From: Lama glama | Taxonomy: Eukaryota | Direction: 5' to 3' | Assembly (NCBI GenBank): GCA_028534125.1 | Contig: CM052818.1 | Coordinates: forward strand, 19,408,001-19,472,000 | Length of the DNA stretch: 64,000 bases | Shown here: in pieces, positions 26,255 through 39,477 of the stretch | Layout of the letters: each line of letters begins with the position of its first letter | Position numbering within the stretch: the first letter of the stretch is position 1 | Notes under the pieces: generated by a model | Database searches by the model: none | Seen by the model: only the letters and a program-made list of their open reading frames with translations | Told to the model about the DNA's origin: nothing | Position numbers and translations under genes: made by a program

Positions 26255-26920
26255 GCAAGCTGGCTTCATGCGTGTGCCTCCAGGGCAGTTGCTCAGGGCC
26301 TCCCACTCAGAAGGGCCCCATACTTAGGGTTTAATGCTCAATATTCACTATCTTGAAATTGTTCGTAATTTTACCTTTGATTCTGTTTCTGTAAGTGAAG
26401 TCTAATGGGACAATGGAGTGTGAGCCCAGGGTCTTGGAGCCTTTACTTTCCTGGAGTCCTGCCTGCCTAGCCTTCCTGCCTCCCTGGGATGAATTCTTGA
26501 CTGTCTGCTCCCTGTCCTCTGGTAACGTGAGCTTCACCTGGACTCCCCTTCTCCACCCCTGCCTTGTGATTGCTGCCACCCTCCACTTGGGACGGTGACC
26601 AGGTTGCATTGTGTGGGCCACTGTTGCTTTCTGTTCCTGGCAGGGGCCTGGGCACAGGTGTGGGAAGGGTCCTGGCTGGGTGTGTGCTCAGTGTAGAGCG
26701 AGGTGGCAGCAATCCCTGCCCTGGGCTGGCAGTGCCACAGTGCATTTAGCCAGCCTTTTGGGGCAGACTCTGATTGATCTAGGTACTGATCATGGAGGTT
26801 GCAATCTCTTAGGGAGTCACCTGTTGACTGTGGGTTGGGGCAGCGGGCCTGTGGGAAGAGGGAGATTGATTTCCCTGCCCCTGGCCAGGGCCCTACATTT
26901 TCATTTTGCAATGGACCCTG
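26255..26920. mobile_element. MER45-type hAT (Tip100 group) DNA transposon remnant
   Basis: Left end GCTGGCTTCATG..CTCAGAAGGGCCCC..TTTAATGCTC..TCTTGAAATT; right end AGGGCCCTACATTTTCATTTTGCA. Confidence 0.65.
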
Positions 26921-27774
26921 TTGGCAAGTGGACAACTGCAATTACAGTGGAGGTGGAGAGAACTTGACTTCCTAATTAATACAGGTTTTATATGGCATCT
27001 ATCTTGGTACAAAACCTGTTAGTAAATACATTAGAAGAAGAAAAAATAAGTCCTGCCCTCAAGGGGTTATAGTCTAGTTGGAATAGATGAAATTGACATA
27101 GATGAAGTAACAGGAAGTTTTCATAAAGAATGTGGAATGGAGGGAAGGGAGGAAGATACCTGGTAAAAATGCTCCAAAATGTAGGGAGGCCAGTGTGACC
27201 TCAGACATATGCTGACTTCATGACTGTTGTATATTTTTTGTTCAAGGTCACTCATGCACAGCATTCCACGGGCAGGACTATTCTGGTAAAGGGGGGAAGA
27301 TGTGGTAACAGGCATGGCTGATGTGGACCACTGAGTGAGAGACCGGACAAATTAGAAGGTGTGGAGTTAATATGGGAGATCAGCTGAATCATGTAGGGCA
27401 CAGAAGAAAAAATGGGTTCAGAGCCTCCCAGCTGTGTACACTGAGGTATATACGGCAAGCTAGTACTATTCCTCACAGCAGGCCACTCTGAGTTCTTTCT
27501 AGACCTGTAAAGACCTAGTGCTTAAGCAAACGATGGAGCAAACTCTGGTTTCACAGTAAGCTCAGTGATGAGGAGAAAAAGCAAATATTCTCTGCTGAAG
27601 GTTGACTTAATTAGCCATTTTAATAATTCATGAGTCTTTAAAATGTTTGCCAGAAGATTCAGAGCTCAGATTCTGCGTCTGGTGTTCAGCTCTGGGTTTT
27701 CTTCATCACAAATTGTTCTGCCTCATGGATCAACGCAGGAGCCTGGCAATGTGAGGTCTGGTTGGCCAGACCGT

Positions 27775-27930
27775 GCACAATTCTTAACCCTTTAGGGCTT
27801 AAAATCTCTTTGAGAATCTGATGAAAGTTGTGTACCTCTAACCCAGGAAAACGTATGTAAATACAAATTCAGGGCTTTACAGACTCCCCCAGGGTCCACC
27901 CTTGAACTCCAACTTAAGAGTCCTTGATTT
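27775..27930. mobile_element. hAT-Charlie-like MITE remnant
   Basis: TTCTTAACC..CTTTGAGAATCTGATGAAAG..CTTAAGAGTCCTTG pattern. Confidence 0.5.
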
Positions 27931-28184
27931 AGATGATCTCTAGGGGCTCTAACATTCTTTTTAAACTTAGCCACAAGCCACTCTGTCACTCTGTCACCTG
28001 GAAATGCTGTGACTCTTTGGGCTTGCAGGCAAGCAGCCTCATGTGGCTATTTTGCAAAGCAAGAGATACAATATTTGTTCATTAGGCTGAAGCAGTGCTA
28101 ATGCAGAAGAGAACTGAACAAATCAAAAGCCATGAGTCAGCTCCCTCCCTGCCACCTGCTAGCAGGCAGCCTGCTGATGCCAGG

Positions 28185-28420
28185 GGGTAAGCTTGGAGTC
28201 AGACAGCCTGGGGCCCTCAAATCCCAGCTCAGGTGCTTTCTGGCTATGACTCGAGGGAGTTACTTAACCTCCCTTAGCCTCAGTTTCCTCATTTGTAAAT
28301 TGGGGCCAATAAGATTTACCCTATTTCCTCATGTTCTGAGAATGAACTAAACCAGCCTCTATAAATTATCACACACCGTAAGTACTGTGCCTGTGTAGAC
28401 CACTAGTGCTCAGGAAAGGG
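28185..28420. mobile_element. MIR SINE remnant
   Basis: TTGGAGTCAGACAG..AGCCTCAGTTTCCTCATTTGTAAATTGGG core. Confidence 0.8.
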
Positions 28421-29089
28421 AGTTCGTTCCCCTGATTTTACCCACAAGAAAGAGTGGTGCTGTGAATTTGGGGCCACTGTCTTGATTTAATGCTAGGGGA
28501 GGGGAAAGACTGACGAGTAGCTGAGAACTCTTTCTCTGAGCTCCTGCATGTGTGGTGCCTCTCCTAGCCCCCCAACCTCAACCCCCACCCTATGGGCTCC
28601 CCTAAGGGAACTTAGGTGGGGTGCAGCTCAGGAGGCTGGAGAGGGATCGTGTGTAGCAGCTGTGGTCTGGAGTGGCTGTCTTGTCCCCTCTGGCATGGCT
28701 TAGGCGTGTAGAGGCTGCAGGAAGTGATGGGGGGTTGGGGGGTGCTGGTTTTTTTCTGGCTGCAGGCCTGACTGCACAGAGAAGGCAAGAGAAAGAGAGA
28801 GAAAGAGAGAGGGAGAGAGGGTCTGGCTTCTTTCTCCTCGGTTTCTGAGTGGGCGATCTGCGTGTGATTCAGGAGCCCACAGTGAAGCTGGGGCTGGTCC
28901 CGGGAGACATGCAGAACTAGGCAGAGTGGAGCTCCTGCTCTCAAGAACCTGGCAACTTTGACATGGAATTAAGACAAGCCCCAGGAAGGAAAGAGAGAAA
29001 GGGCTGCACTACTGGATGTAGAACGTCCTGTCCAATATGGAGCCAAGAAGGGCGGGGACAGTGAGGGCAGGATGATGAAAAACAGGTTT

Positions 29090-29290
29090 ACGCATTGCCA
29101 GGCAGTCGACACACACTGAGTCTCACTCTCAGAGTCACCCTCCAGCGCAGATGCTGTTACTCTTCACTGAACAACGAGGAAACTGAAGCTCAGACAGTCA
29201 GTGACTCACTCAAAGGCAAGGACTATCTTGTGGTGCCAGAGCATTCAGACCAGGTTTTCCTGCCTCGGAAATCCTTTTTTCCCATTCCCC
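29090..29290. mobile_element. MIR SINE remnant
   Basis: GAGGAAACTGAAGCTCAGA..GTGACTCACTCAA core. Confidence 0.6.
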
Positions 29291-32200
29291 AGCCCTACTA
29301 GTTCAGTGAACTGGAAGGCCTCCACAGTCTGAACCCTGAGGTCTGTGAGGCCCCTGCCCACCTCCCTATAATGCTTCACACAGAGTCTGGCTCCGTAAAT
29401 ATTCACCCGATGATTGGGAAGGGGAGAATACACCTTTCTCTAGGCAGCTCTCAGCAGTTCACATGCACTGTTTACCTTTCCTCCTACATTTCCCCTTGAG
29501 GAATCATCATCCCTCCCTTCCCTCAACTGAAAAGCAGGCAGAGTGGAATGAATGAGCTGCCTGGCTTCTATGGAACCTGTCTTGGACCTGCCTTTTGCTG
29601 CCCCAGGCCTTGGTTTCAAACAGCAACCTCTGTCCGAAAATCCTAGTTAAGAAAAATACCTCACCAGCATTTTATAAGCGGACTTAGGAGGAATCGATGT
29701 TTTGGAGGCCTTTGCAGCCCCAGCGCCGAGAAACACTGCATGTGTTTGAGCTTCTATGAAGGAAGGCATTTTGGCGTTTCTGGGGGAAGCTGGCATCCTA
29801 GAGACTGACGGTGGATCAGTGAGAAGTAGGGCTACAGCCTGCAGCAGCAGGAAAGCTTCAGCCTGGCTTGGGTCTCTGCCGAGAAGGAACCTTGTCATCA
29901 TAGGGAATTTTCTGAGCAATCTCCTGACCTGATTTATAGCTGGTAATGTGAGTGCATTACCCAAAGCTGGGTGCCAGGCAGAGAGCGAAGTGAGACCCTC
30001 TCCATTCATTTCCAGCCATTGATTTGATGATGTTGATGAACTGTGATTTTTAATGTAAAGGGCTTTGTCATCACAGTTTTTTCAATAAAATTCTAGCATA
30101 GCTCTTTATTTCCTGACGAAGGCCCTAGGGATCCTTTTCAATATGTTGGGTATGACATATTCCCCAGGGTCAGCTTTTTATTTCATTGCCATTTTAAGGG
30201 TATTGGAGCATGTGGCTAGAATTTACATCTAAATAATAGATTTCTGGATAGTAAGAGCTTATATTATTACTTTCACTTAGTAAAGTCCCTTAGGATAGTA
30301 AAACCCAGCATACTATTAATTTTTCTTGCTGTCACTTGACAATATGAATTGGTTTTGTATAAGAACCAGGAGCTCGTTGGATTGAATTTAGGAAATTGGT
30401 AAAACAAATTTGACTTCAGTGGGTTTGAATGATTACAATGTTATAAACACATAAAGCCTAGGAAGCTAATTTATCATTGCTTTCAGTTTTATTTATTTGA
30501 GACTCCTTCATCGTTGGTATAAATGGGCTTTATTAAAGATTATGGATTCAATTTCCAAATGACCTGTAAATGGCTTTCTATAGAGAGACTTACTTGATTT
30601 GTTGTTTTCCTGAATAAAACATGTTTTTGTCCCCTGGGTTATATAGCCCATATATTAAAATTAGAAGATTATTCTGTTGAGGTTGGCATCTCTGATGTGC
30701 GACGTTTGATTTGTTCTCTGATCTATTTGTCTTCATTCTCTTTAATACACTGAGACAGAATGTATAACCTCTTAAGACCTGCACTTCAATGAATCATAAG
30801 AGAATGTCTGTCTACGTGGCAGTTTATCATCTGAGTGATAATTCTGGTTCCCTTTAAAAATGTTAAAGTGTCTGCTCTTCAAAATAGACTGTAGTAAAAG
30901 GCATGAGAGCTGCTATGGGTCACTGATAGGGAATCATAATTGACCTCAGCTTTGGTCGCATGGTAACAGACTCCCCGGGTATTAGATCATTGCATACCAC
31001 AAAGCCACCAACACACTGCCCTCAAAATCAGGGGAAATTTTTGCATTTGCAATTCAGAAAGCTACATAGAGCAGACCCTTGTAGAGAGGGGCAGTCTGTC
31101 AGGAAAGTGGAGCCTCTGGGAAGCCTGCCCTCCAGAAGTCTGCCGTATTGTAAAAACCTCTTCAGTTTCAATCCTCTTGCGAAAGGGTTGTAACATTCAC
31201 AGCCTAGTGCCTACTGGAATAGTACACGGTGCAAATGAAAATACTGAAAGGGGAATTAGTACTGACATGAAGAATCTTAGGATGCTAAGAATGGAGAGGA
31301 CCTTGGGAGGCCATTCATTTTCATTTTCTCCAGACCAGTAGGCATATTTTAATGTATTAAAGCTATTGTCTAAAGGGCTAGAAAAGCTAATTGCCTGAAT
31401 TTCCTCCCCACCAGGAAACCCCATTTGTTGTTGTGGCGGTTATTTTACTGCATCATAAAACTTCAGATTGAAGGATACAAAGTTCTAGTGGAAAGGATTA
31501 GCAACCAACATCAGTTTTGGAAGAAATGATTCCACTGTTAATGACAGTGATATGTTCACTCCATAATTCAAGAACTTTAAAGTGGTTTCCAGCGAAGAGA
31601 CTTGGGTGTCTCAGATCAAACTAAATTGGGCCACATACCAAACTGATTTTAAATTTATTGACTTTAGGATTTTAAGGTGACTCAGTAATTCCAAAGTCTA
31701 GCAAAAGAGAAGAAACAGTAAACTATTCACTTATAAATGTGTAGCAACTTAGGACTGAGTCAGTACAGACCAGTGCAATGAAAGCAAATCAAATTCCCAT
31801 CTTAAGGGAGCCTGCCCCTTGATGTAGAGGGTGGTGGGAGGCTGGTGGACTGCCTGGCCTACTAAGTCCTCACTTCAAATCCAAAACTTTCTCTCCTCTT
31901 CTTAAACCCACCCAGTGCCCCAGTTTGCCATTCTCTGCTTCCCATTGGAAGATAATTCTCTTTTCCCCAAACGCTTCAGATAATCCTAAAGCCTAGCCCC
32001 TCCTGATCACATCAGCGATGAGATATGACACACAGCTCAGTCTGGCTTTACCTCTAATTGGTCTGAGTGTTCCCACTGTCTTCCTTGTCTTTTTATCTTC
32101 CAGGTGTCCACTGTTCTACCTAGCATATAGTAAGTAATCAACTTTTCTCGTGGCTGATAGGTTGTTGATGCCATTTTAGTGGGATCCACAAATTCTGTAT

Positions 32201-32399
32201 GAACATAGAACTCAAATTGGACTCTCAGCAGTAAACCTACTTTTTCAATCCTAACCTCTATTTCCTGTGTGATGAGAAATCATTACCATTATATACCTGG
32301 AACCTGCTGTATCTAGAAACATAGATTGTAACCCTGCCTTCGGAAAGATTTTATTCTCTTGACATAAGAAAGAACTACTTGGAATTCCTCTATCATATA

Positions 32400-33180
32400 T
32401 GTTGCCTTGAATTGTATTCTAGTTGTTTTATGTTTATAGATTTTGTATCTCCAGTTAGAACAGGGGTTATCATTTCTTTTTCTTTCACATAGTGCCCAGA
32501 ACAGTGCAGGGCACTAGTAGGTACTTAGTAAGAACCTGGATAATGAATGGATGAACCACTGAATATTGTATTCACAGACAAGAGACGTGCTGTGGATAGG
32601 TCCAGGTGTAAGACAGAGATGAGCTAGAAATCTAATTCTGATATCTACCAGCTTGTGTGACTGGGAAAATAATTTAAATCCTTTAAGCCTCAGTTATTCC
32701 ATCTATAAACTTGGATGGTTGTAGAACTGACCCTGAAAGTTTGCCACGAGGATTAAATGTGATACTAAATGTAAAAGGCTTAGCACAGAACCTAGAATAT
32801 AGTGTTTGGAAATTATAAGCTACTATTATTATAATCAGGCATGATAAAAAAAAATACAAAGAAAGGTGAGGAGGGTGGGAGATAGGGGTTACTGGAGTTC
32901 CTATGGCTGGTTGGAGGATTAGCAGAATTTTAAAGCAAATGGAGGTGGGAGTCAGCTGTGTGTAGTATAGAAGGGACTAGATTGGGAGTCAGGGAAACTG
33001 GCTTCTCAATCTGCTCTTCCTCTCCTGCTGCTCCCTCTTACCAAACAGAACCTTAAAATCAAGAGATTCCATGACTGATGTTCAATCTGAGGTCCAGAGA
33101 GGTTATGAAACTTGTCCCAAGATCACAGAGCTGGTTAGTGGTGACTTGGATACAAATCTCTATTTCCCAAGTCCCTGTGC
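32400..33180. mobile_element. Cluster of an L2 3' end (~32400-32560) and MIR remnants (~32590-32835, ~33050-33180)
   Basis: GTGCCCAGAACAGTGC..GTAGGTACTTAGTAA; AGCCTCAGTTATTCCATCTATAAA; CTTGTCCCAAGATCACAGAGCTGGTTAGTGG. Confidence 0.65.
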
Positions 33181-34069
33181 AGTGATGGGCCCTCTATATG
33201 ATGTCAAATGATTCAGAGACAGAAGAGGACATAGCCTATGAAGCACTTGCTGGGGCAGGGAAAGTATAGTGCAGAGCTTCCCGAGAGATAATGCCACTCG
33301 ATACAGAAAGACACAGCTGAAGAACTTTGGACCACAATTAGGAGTTTTAATAAGATGAAGGTAACTAGGCATCACTGGTACATAATAGTATTCCAGATTT
33401 TTTTTTACTACTAAAAAATATAGAAAGTCCAGATGGAATATATTCAATTACAGAAATTTAAATACGAACACAAAAGAAAAATTAACAAAGACGCTTCCTG
33501 TACAAATAGCCAAAATGATAGCCCTGTAGGTTCATATGACTATTGGAATGGTCTTTGGGGATCTAAGACAGTAGCTACCTTCCTTTTTCTCTCCATATCT
33601 TGGGGTCACCCTACCCCAAGCATTGAACTCTGAGATTAAAGCAAAGCTTCTGCTGTACCCCAGGCTCTCTGCCTCCTAGGAAGCAAGCAGTAGCGAGGAT
33701 GAGAGTAGGGGCTGCGGGAAGATGGGGCCTCTCTGTCAAGGGCAGTCCCAGCTGCATCCTGCCAGCTGAGCTCGGTGCTTTGCGCTTGCCCAGGCTCTGC
33801 TTGTCTAGGCCTTTCACCTGCAGCGTCCTGGTGGGCTTTGTGAGATTATCCACTTTCCAGTTTGACTCAGTGCTCACTTTTTACACCCACAGATATGACA
33901 CCATGGGAAGAGGCCTGAAGGAGACACTAAAAGCTATGCAGAGATAGTACTGAGAGCAAGGGTCCAGGATAAAGGCTGCACTGAGAAGAAAAACTTCTGA
34001 GGACCCAGGGAGAGCCACTGAAGTGTTTATTGATAGGCTGAGTGAAACAAATACAGAATGATGACTTTT

Positions 34070-35346
34070 CCCTCCATTTTTTCTTTTTTTAAAATACCTC
34101 TATTGTGGTATGGTTCCTGTACAGTAAACTACATGTATTTCAGATGTACACTTTGATGAATTTTGATAATGTATATACCTCCCCTATTTTTTAAAAATTG
34201 AAGTATAGTTGATTTACAGTATATTGTATTAGTTTCTGGTGTAAAGTGTAGTGATTCACTTATTTTGTATATATATACATTTTATATATTCACTTATTTT
34301 ATTTATTTATTTATTTATTTATTTATTTNNNNNNNNNNNNNNNNNNNNNNNNNNNNNNNNNNNNNNNNNNNNNNNNNNNNNNNNNNNNNNNNNNNNNNNN
34401 NNNNNNNNNNNNNNNNNNNNNNNNNNNNNNNNNNNNNNNNNNNNNNNNNNNNNNNNNNNNNNNNNNNNNNNNNNNNNNNNNNNNNNNNNNNNNNNNNNNN
34501 NNNNNNNNNNNNNNNNNNNNNNNNNNNNNNNNNNNNNNNNNNNNNNNNNNNNNNNNNNNNNNNNNNNNNNNNNNNNNNNNNNNNNNNNNNNNNNNNNNNN
34601 NNNNNNNNNNNNNNNNNNNNNNNNNNNNNNNNNNNNNNNNNNNNNNNNNNNNNNNNNNNNNNNNNNNNNNNNNNNNNNNNNNNNNNNNNNNNNNNNNNNN
34701 NNNNNNNNNNNNNNNNNNNNNNNNNNNNNNNNNNNNNNNNNNNNNNNNNNNNNNNNNNNNNNNNNNNNNNNNNNNNNNNNNNNNNNNNNNNNNNNNNNNN
34801 NNNNNNNNNNNNNNNNNNNNNNNNNNNNTAGGAGGTTTATTGTATCTTGTCTTATGTTTAAGTCTTTAATCCATTTTGAGTTGATTTTTGTATATGGTGT
34901 AAGGGTGTGTTCTAGCTTCATTGTTTTACATGCTGCTGTCCAGTTTTCCCAACACCATTTGCTGAAGAGACTGTCTTTATTCCATTGTATATTCTTGCCT
35001 CCTTTGTCGAAGATTAGTTGACCAAAGTATTTATTTATTCTTTTTCATTACAGGTTACTACAGGCCATTGAATATAGTTCCCTGTGCTATATAATAGGAT
35101 CTTGTTATTTATCTATTCTGTACATAGTAGTTTGTGTCTGCCAATCCCAAACTCCCAGTTTATCCCTCCCTCCCCACTTCCCTCCCAGTAACTATAAGTT
35201 TGTTTTCTATGTCTATGAATCTCTTTATGTTTTGTAAATAAGTTCATTTGTGTCATTTTTAAAGGTTCCACATATAAGTGATATCATATGATATTTGTCT
35301 TTTGCTGACTGACTTACTTCACTTAGTAAGATAATCTCTAGGTCCA
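34070..35346 (-). mobile_element. Compound LINE-1 insertion: L1 3'UTR fragment with a younger L1 nested at ~34296-35026, partly in the N gap
   Basis: Exact 15-bp TSD AGAATGATGACTTTT at 34055-34069 and 35347-35361; inner element has a (TAAA)n tail and an ORF2 peptide [21 protein letters not shown] on the minus strand. Confidence 0.88.
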
Positions 35347-35399
35347 AGAATGATGACTTTTTAAAAGTTTGGAGTGAAAAATTAAAAAAAGGGTACATT

Positions 35400-36690
35400 T
35401 AGAATCTCTGAGGATCCTTGAATAAAATGGTTGATTCCAGTTCTGAGCAGAGAAAGTACAAGGTGAGCCTGTAACATTTTGTGCCAGAAGCAAGAAATTA
35501 CTCAAAAACTGAGGAAGATACGTCAAAAGGACACATGAGCTGGCATGAACAGTGCATACTGGCCAAATGTGGGACAACCTGAATACAAAAACTAAAATAA
35601 GTGTCATTGATAATAATGCTGAGTTTTTAAAAATACACCAGTTAATAGGAATATTCAGAAAAGGAAGGAAGGGGAAAGGAAAGCACTTCTTTACACAAAC
35701 AATGCCAGCTAATGCACGTTAAAGGGATCATAGAATTAGAAAAACCATTTTGCAACCTGTGACGTATTTATATTATTAAGCAGGGACCATTAATGGATGA
35801 TTAAATCACCAGGTGAAGAGTTGTTAAGAAACATTTACAAGGGGGCAGAGTACTGTCCCACAGATTACTAATTAAGTAAAAATGGAAAATGTATCCTTAC
35901 AATGATGAGGTCTGGTAGATGCTGTCTTAACTAAGTGATCAAATTTGTTGTCACTGAGAGTGGAGCAATGGCTATTACGTGCTCTTGAGATGATGCAGGG
36001 TGAACTACAAAATATTAGCTGTGCAGTACTTTTGGCAAAAGCCTTCATCCTGAATCTGTCAAGCCTTTAGACCTAAATTCTAGCTTATAGGAAATACAGG
36101 GGATAGAGGAACAAGTTAAATGATACTAGAAAGACAAATGTAGAGTGTGGACATTGTGAAATAAAACGGTACAGGATTTTTCAAAATAGCAATGTCACAA
36201 ACAAAGTTGGGGAAACTCATCTAGGTTAAAAGAATTTAAAAGAGTCTAAAGAGACATAACCTTGGAAAGTACAATTCCTGTCAGATTCTAGTTAGGAAAA
36301 ATAAAACAGCTATAAAAAACATTTTGGGGACAATTAGGAAAATTTAAGTATAGATTGGAACAAAGATAAAATTAAGACACTTTTTAAAAGATGTGGAAAT
36401 GGTGTTGTGGTTTTGTAAGAGAATATGCTTATTCTTAGGAGAAACATGCTGAAATTTAGGGCTGAAGAATGGTGTCTATAACTTGCTTTCAAATGGCTCA
36501 TCCAAAAAAAATGCACATCTTTGTGTGTGTGCATGTGTGTGTGTGCACATGTGCATGTAGAGAGAGACTGAGAAAGAGAAAGCAAATATAGCAAATGTTA
36601 ACCACTGGTGAATCTAAGTGGATCGTATATGAATGGTTTATTGTACTATTCTTTCAAATTTTCTGTCCAAATTTTTAAAAATAAATGGAG
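35400..36690 (+). mobile_element. Old LINE-1 (L1MC/L1ME-like) 3' region remnant
   Basis: AAAACATTTTGGGGACAATTAGGAAAATTT..AATGGTGTTGTGGTTTTGTAAGAGAATA..GCAAATGTTAACCACTGGTGAATCTAAGTG. Confidence 0.7.
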
Positions 36691-38530
36691 AACTAAATTT
36701 TTGAGGAAACATTTGTCAGTTAAAAAAAAAGCTTACATCTGGAAAAACAGAAGCTCTTTCATTCCTAATCAACCCTGTTATTGTATAGGGTCACATCTAT
36801 GCCTCCCCCAGCCTCCACATGAATAAATGGCAGGGGCTGAGCTGTGACTTAGTTCACTTTGGATCCAGTGAACATGAGAACATAGCAGTAAGATAAAGAT
36901 GCTTTCCGTAAGTGACTCCCATTTCCTCAGGCAGAGGGAAGTCACTTAGGGGAAATATCTCACCAAGTTTAATTTAGAACATTTAAAAATCTTTTTTCAA
37001 AGCAGACAAAGATGTACTCCAGATTCCGTGAGCAGAACCTAGAAATACTGGCTAGTCAGGTGGGGAATGGAAAGGAAGAAAGGACCCGCAACAATGGTAA
37101 CTTCCCAGTCTTGAGAATGGGAATCCTGATTTTTATCTGGTAAACTAGACAAAGCATAATAAAATTAGAGGTACCATTAAAATTTGAGGTACCATTAGAG
37201 AGAATTCACAACTCTATGGAAGCCCTCACATACTGCCAACACAATATGAACCACAAAACCAAGTATTTCTTTTCTGTGAAACCATTCAAAGTTGAAAGAA
37301 CAGTTTTTAGCTTAATTATGTGGTGATTAATTGCTTTAATTCTTAATTTCATCAAGCTAATATAGTCTGAACCATAAATTCTCTAAGTAAGATGAGAAAA
37401 AATGCAATCTAAAAATTGTATCAACAGTTACTGTACAATGACATCTAAAAAATTCCAAGGAAGATGAAAATTATATTTGACTAAGTACATATTTAGCATT
37501 TTCAAACTGATTTGAATAATAACTTACATAAGAAGGTCAGAATTATCCTCCTGGCCACTTTCTCTGATAAAAAAAGATTTCAATATTTATAAGACAACTT
37601 AGACTTTGTAAAGCTCTTCTGAGTGTTATCAAAAGCCACATGACAAAGGCACATACAACACATGTGAGGAGAAATGGGGGCTGTGGGCTAGAGGATGGCT
37701 TCCTCACACTTTACGATCTGGTGTGGAAATCTGAAGTTCTACAACTGACCACAGCCTTCCAGGTTGTTATGAAAGTTTATTTGTCAAAGTAGGAGGCTCG
37801 AACATATTTTACTTGTTAGCTTGATGTATAACTTCAACACATTTAACATACGCTGTGTAAGCCTCCAATCGTACTCCTGACTGAGGCCCACAAATGTTAG
37901 GGTGGGCCTGAGCAGCTGAAAATACTGATCTGGCCATCCATATTTGGGGGTCATCAGCGCAGAACCACTGCTGTGGGAATGGGGAGGGTGCCCACAGCAG
38001 GTGTCAAAAGTCACAAAAGAAGAGAGCCATGGAGTGCTTAAACCTGGAGGCATGCCATCTTTAAAAGCAACAGGTGAAGGAGCCAGGCAAGGAGCCTGCA
38101 AAGAAACTGCCAGAGAAGTTGAAGAAGTACTGGCAGAGAGGTGTTCTAGAAGCCAAGCAAGAAGAGTGTTTCAAGAGGAATGGAATGGTCAGTAATATGC
38201 ACAACGTACATCAAGTGGTCAGCACAGTAGCTGACCCATTGTGAGCACCCAATCACCAGTGGCTGTTAATGTGATGATGCTAGAGGTGATGGTGGTACTG
38301 ACAGTATCTCTGTTCCTTTGCACTTCTTCTCTCTGCTTCAAACACCTTTTCTTCTTTCTCCACCTTCACTCAAATTCCTATGGATCACATTCTCTAGGAA
38401 GTCTTTCCCTTGCCCATTAGGTTTTTCTCCTGTGTGCTTCAGGGGTCAGTCTTCTCATAGCTCATTCTTCTCATAGCACATTTATAAGCACATAAATATT
38501 GGGATTTATTGAATGAGTGGTCATGATTTC

Positions 38531-38642
38531 CAGGGTAACCAACCACGCTGGTTTGCCTGCGACTGTCTGGTTTTAGCACTGTAAGTCCTATGTCCCAGGA
38601 AACCCCTCAATCCTAGGCAAATCTATATGATTAGTCACCCTA
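38531..38642. mobile_element. MER81-type hAT (Blackjack group) MITE
   Basis: Imperfect TIRs AGGGTAACCAA ... ATTAGTCACCCT; internal GGTTTTAGCACTG..CCCAGGAAACCCCTCA. Confidence 0.75.
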
Positions 38643-39106
38643 AATTAACATCTTAATTTTTTTGAATGAGTAGTTGAATAAATGGCAGAGTGTCAATATC
38701 AAAGTTAATGACCTTCAACTTTTCCTGTGTGTATATGAGCATACGTCCATTCAGGAGGTCTGACAGATCCAGTTCTTTTGCTACCCTTTACTCATCAGAC
38801 TGAGGATGCTGTGGGCAAGACATTCTCATGACCTGGTTGGATTCTCATTCTAGCTCTGTTTTGCCCCATCATCCTGGAAAGGGATAGTCTTACTTTCTCA
38901 ACCAGGGCTTCTTATCTGAACCACCAAACAAGAAAATCATTTGAGTACTATTTTCTCAATTACCTCAAGGTTGGCACAAAACAAGTACCATTCTAGAGGC
39001 ACAGGAGAGAAGCTGATGCATACTGTCAATGCCTTAGGGTATTTAGGACTTAATTTTTTCACCTGTCCAGAATCACATAGGGCCCATAATCAAGAATGAC
39101 ACTGTG

Positions 39107-39237
39107 GGGAGGAGGGTATAGCTCAGTGGTAGAGCATGTGCTTAGCATGTCCTGGGTTCAATCTCCAGCACCTCTGTTAAAATAAATAAATAAACTGAAT
39201 TACCTCTCCCTCCACCCCCCCCCACTCCAGAAAAAAA
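39107..39237 (+). mobile_element. tRNA-derived SINE (camelid Vic-1-like)
   Basis: Pol III A box TAGCTCAGTGG and B box GGTTCAATC, (TAAA)n, C-rich tract and A tail; TSD AAGAATGACACTGTG (39092-39106) / AAGAATGCCACTGTG (39238-39252). Confidence 0.9.
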
Positions 39238-39477
39238 AAGAATGCCACTGTGATGCTGCTCTGCCTCTGTTTCAGAGCACAGCTGGATACCCTAGCTGGA
39301 GGACAGACCCTATGAAAGGAAATGTCAAAAGATGGGGCTTGTGTTACCTCTGTTCTGCAAATTGAGGAACTGAAGCCTGGAGAGGAAGTTCATTCTCATT
39401 TTTCCCAAGATGGACAAAGGTAGAAAGCTGTCAGATCTCACCTTAACTCGGCTAGAGAGGGATCGTCTTGGGACTTC

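Noticed and set aside
34251..35021. Long ORFs of 188-256 aa
   Set aside because: Open only because they cross the 500-N gap; the real residues come from an L1 fragment
39107..39175. tRNA-like sequence with A and B boxes
   Set aside because: No complete cloverleaf; it has a SINE tail, a TSD and paralogous copies, so it is a SINE and not a tRNA gene
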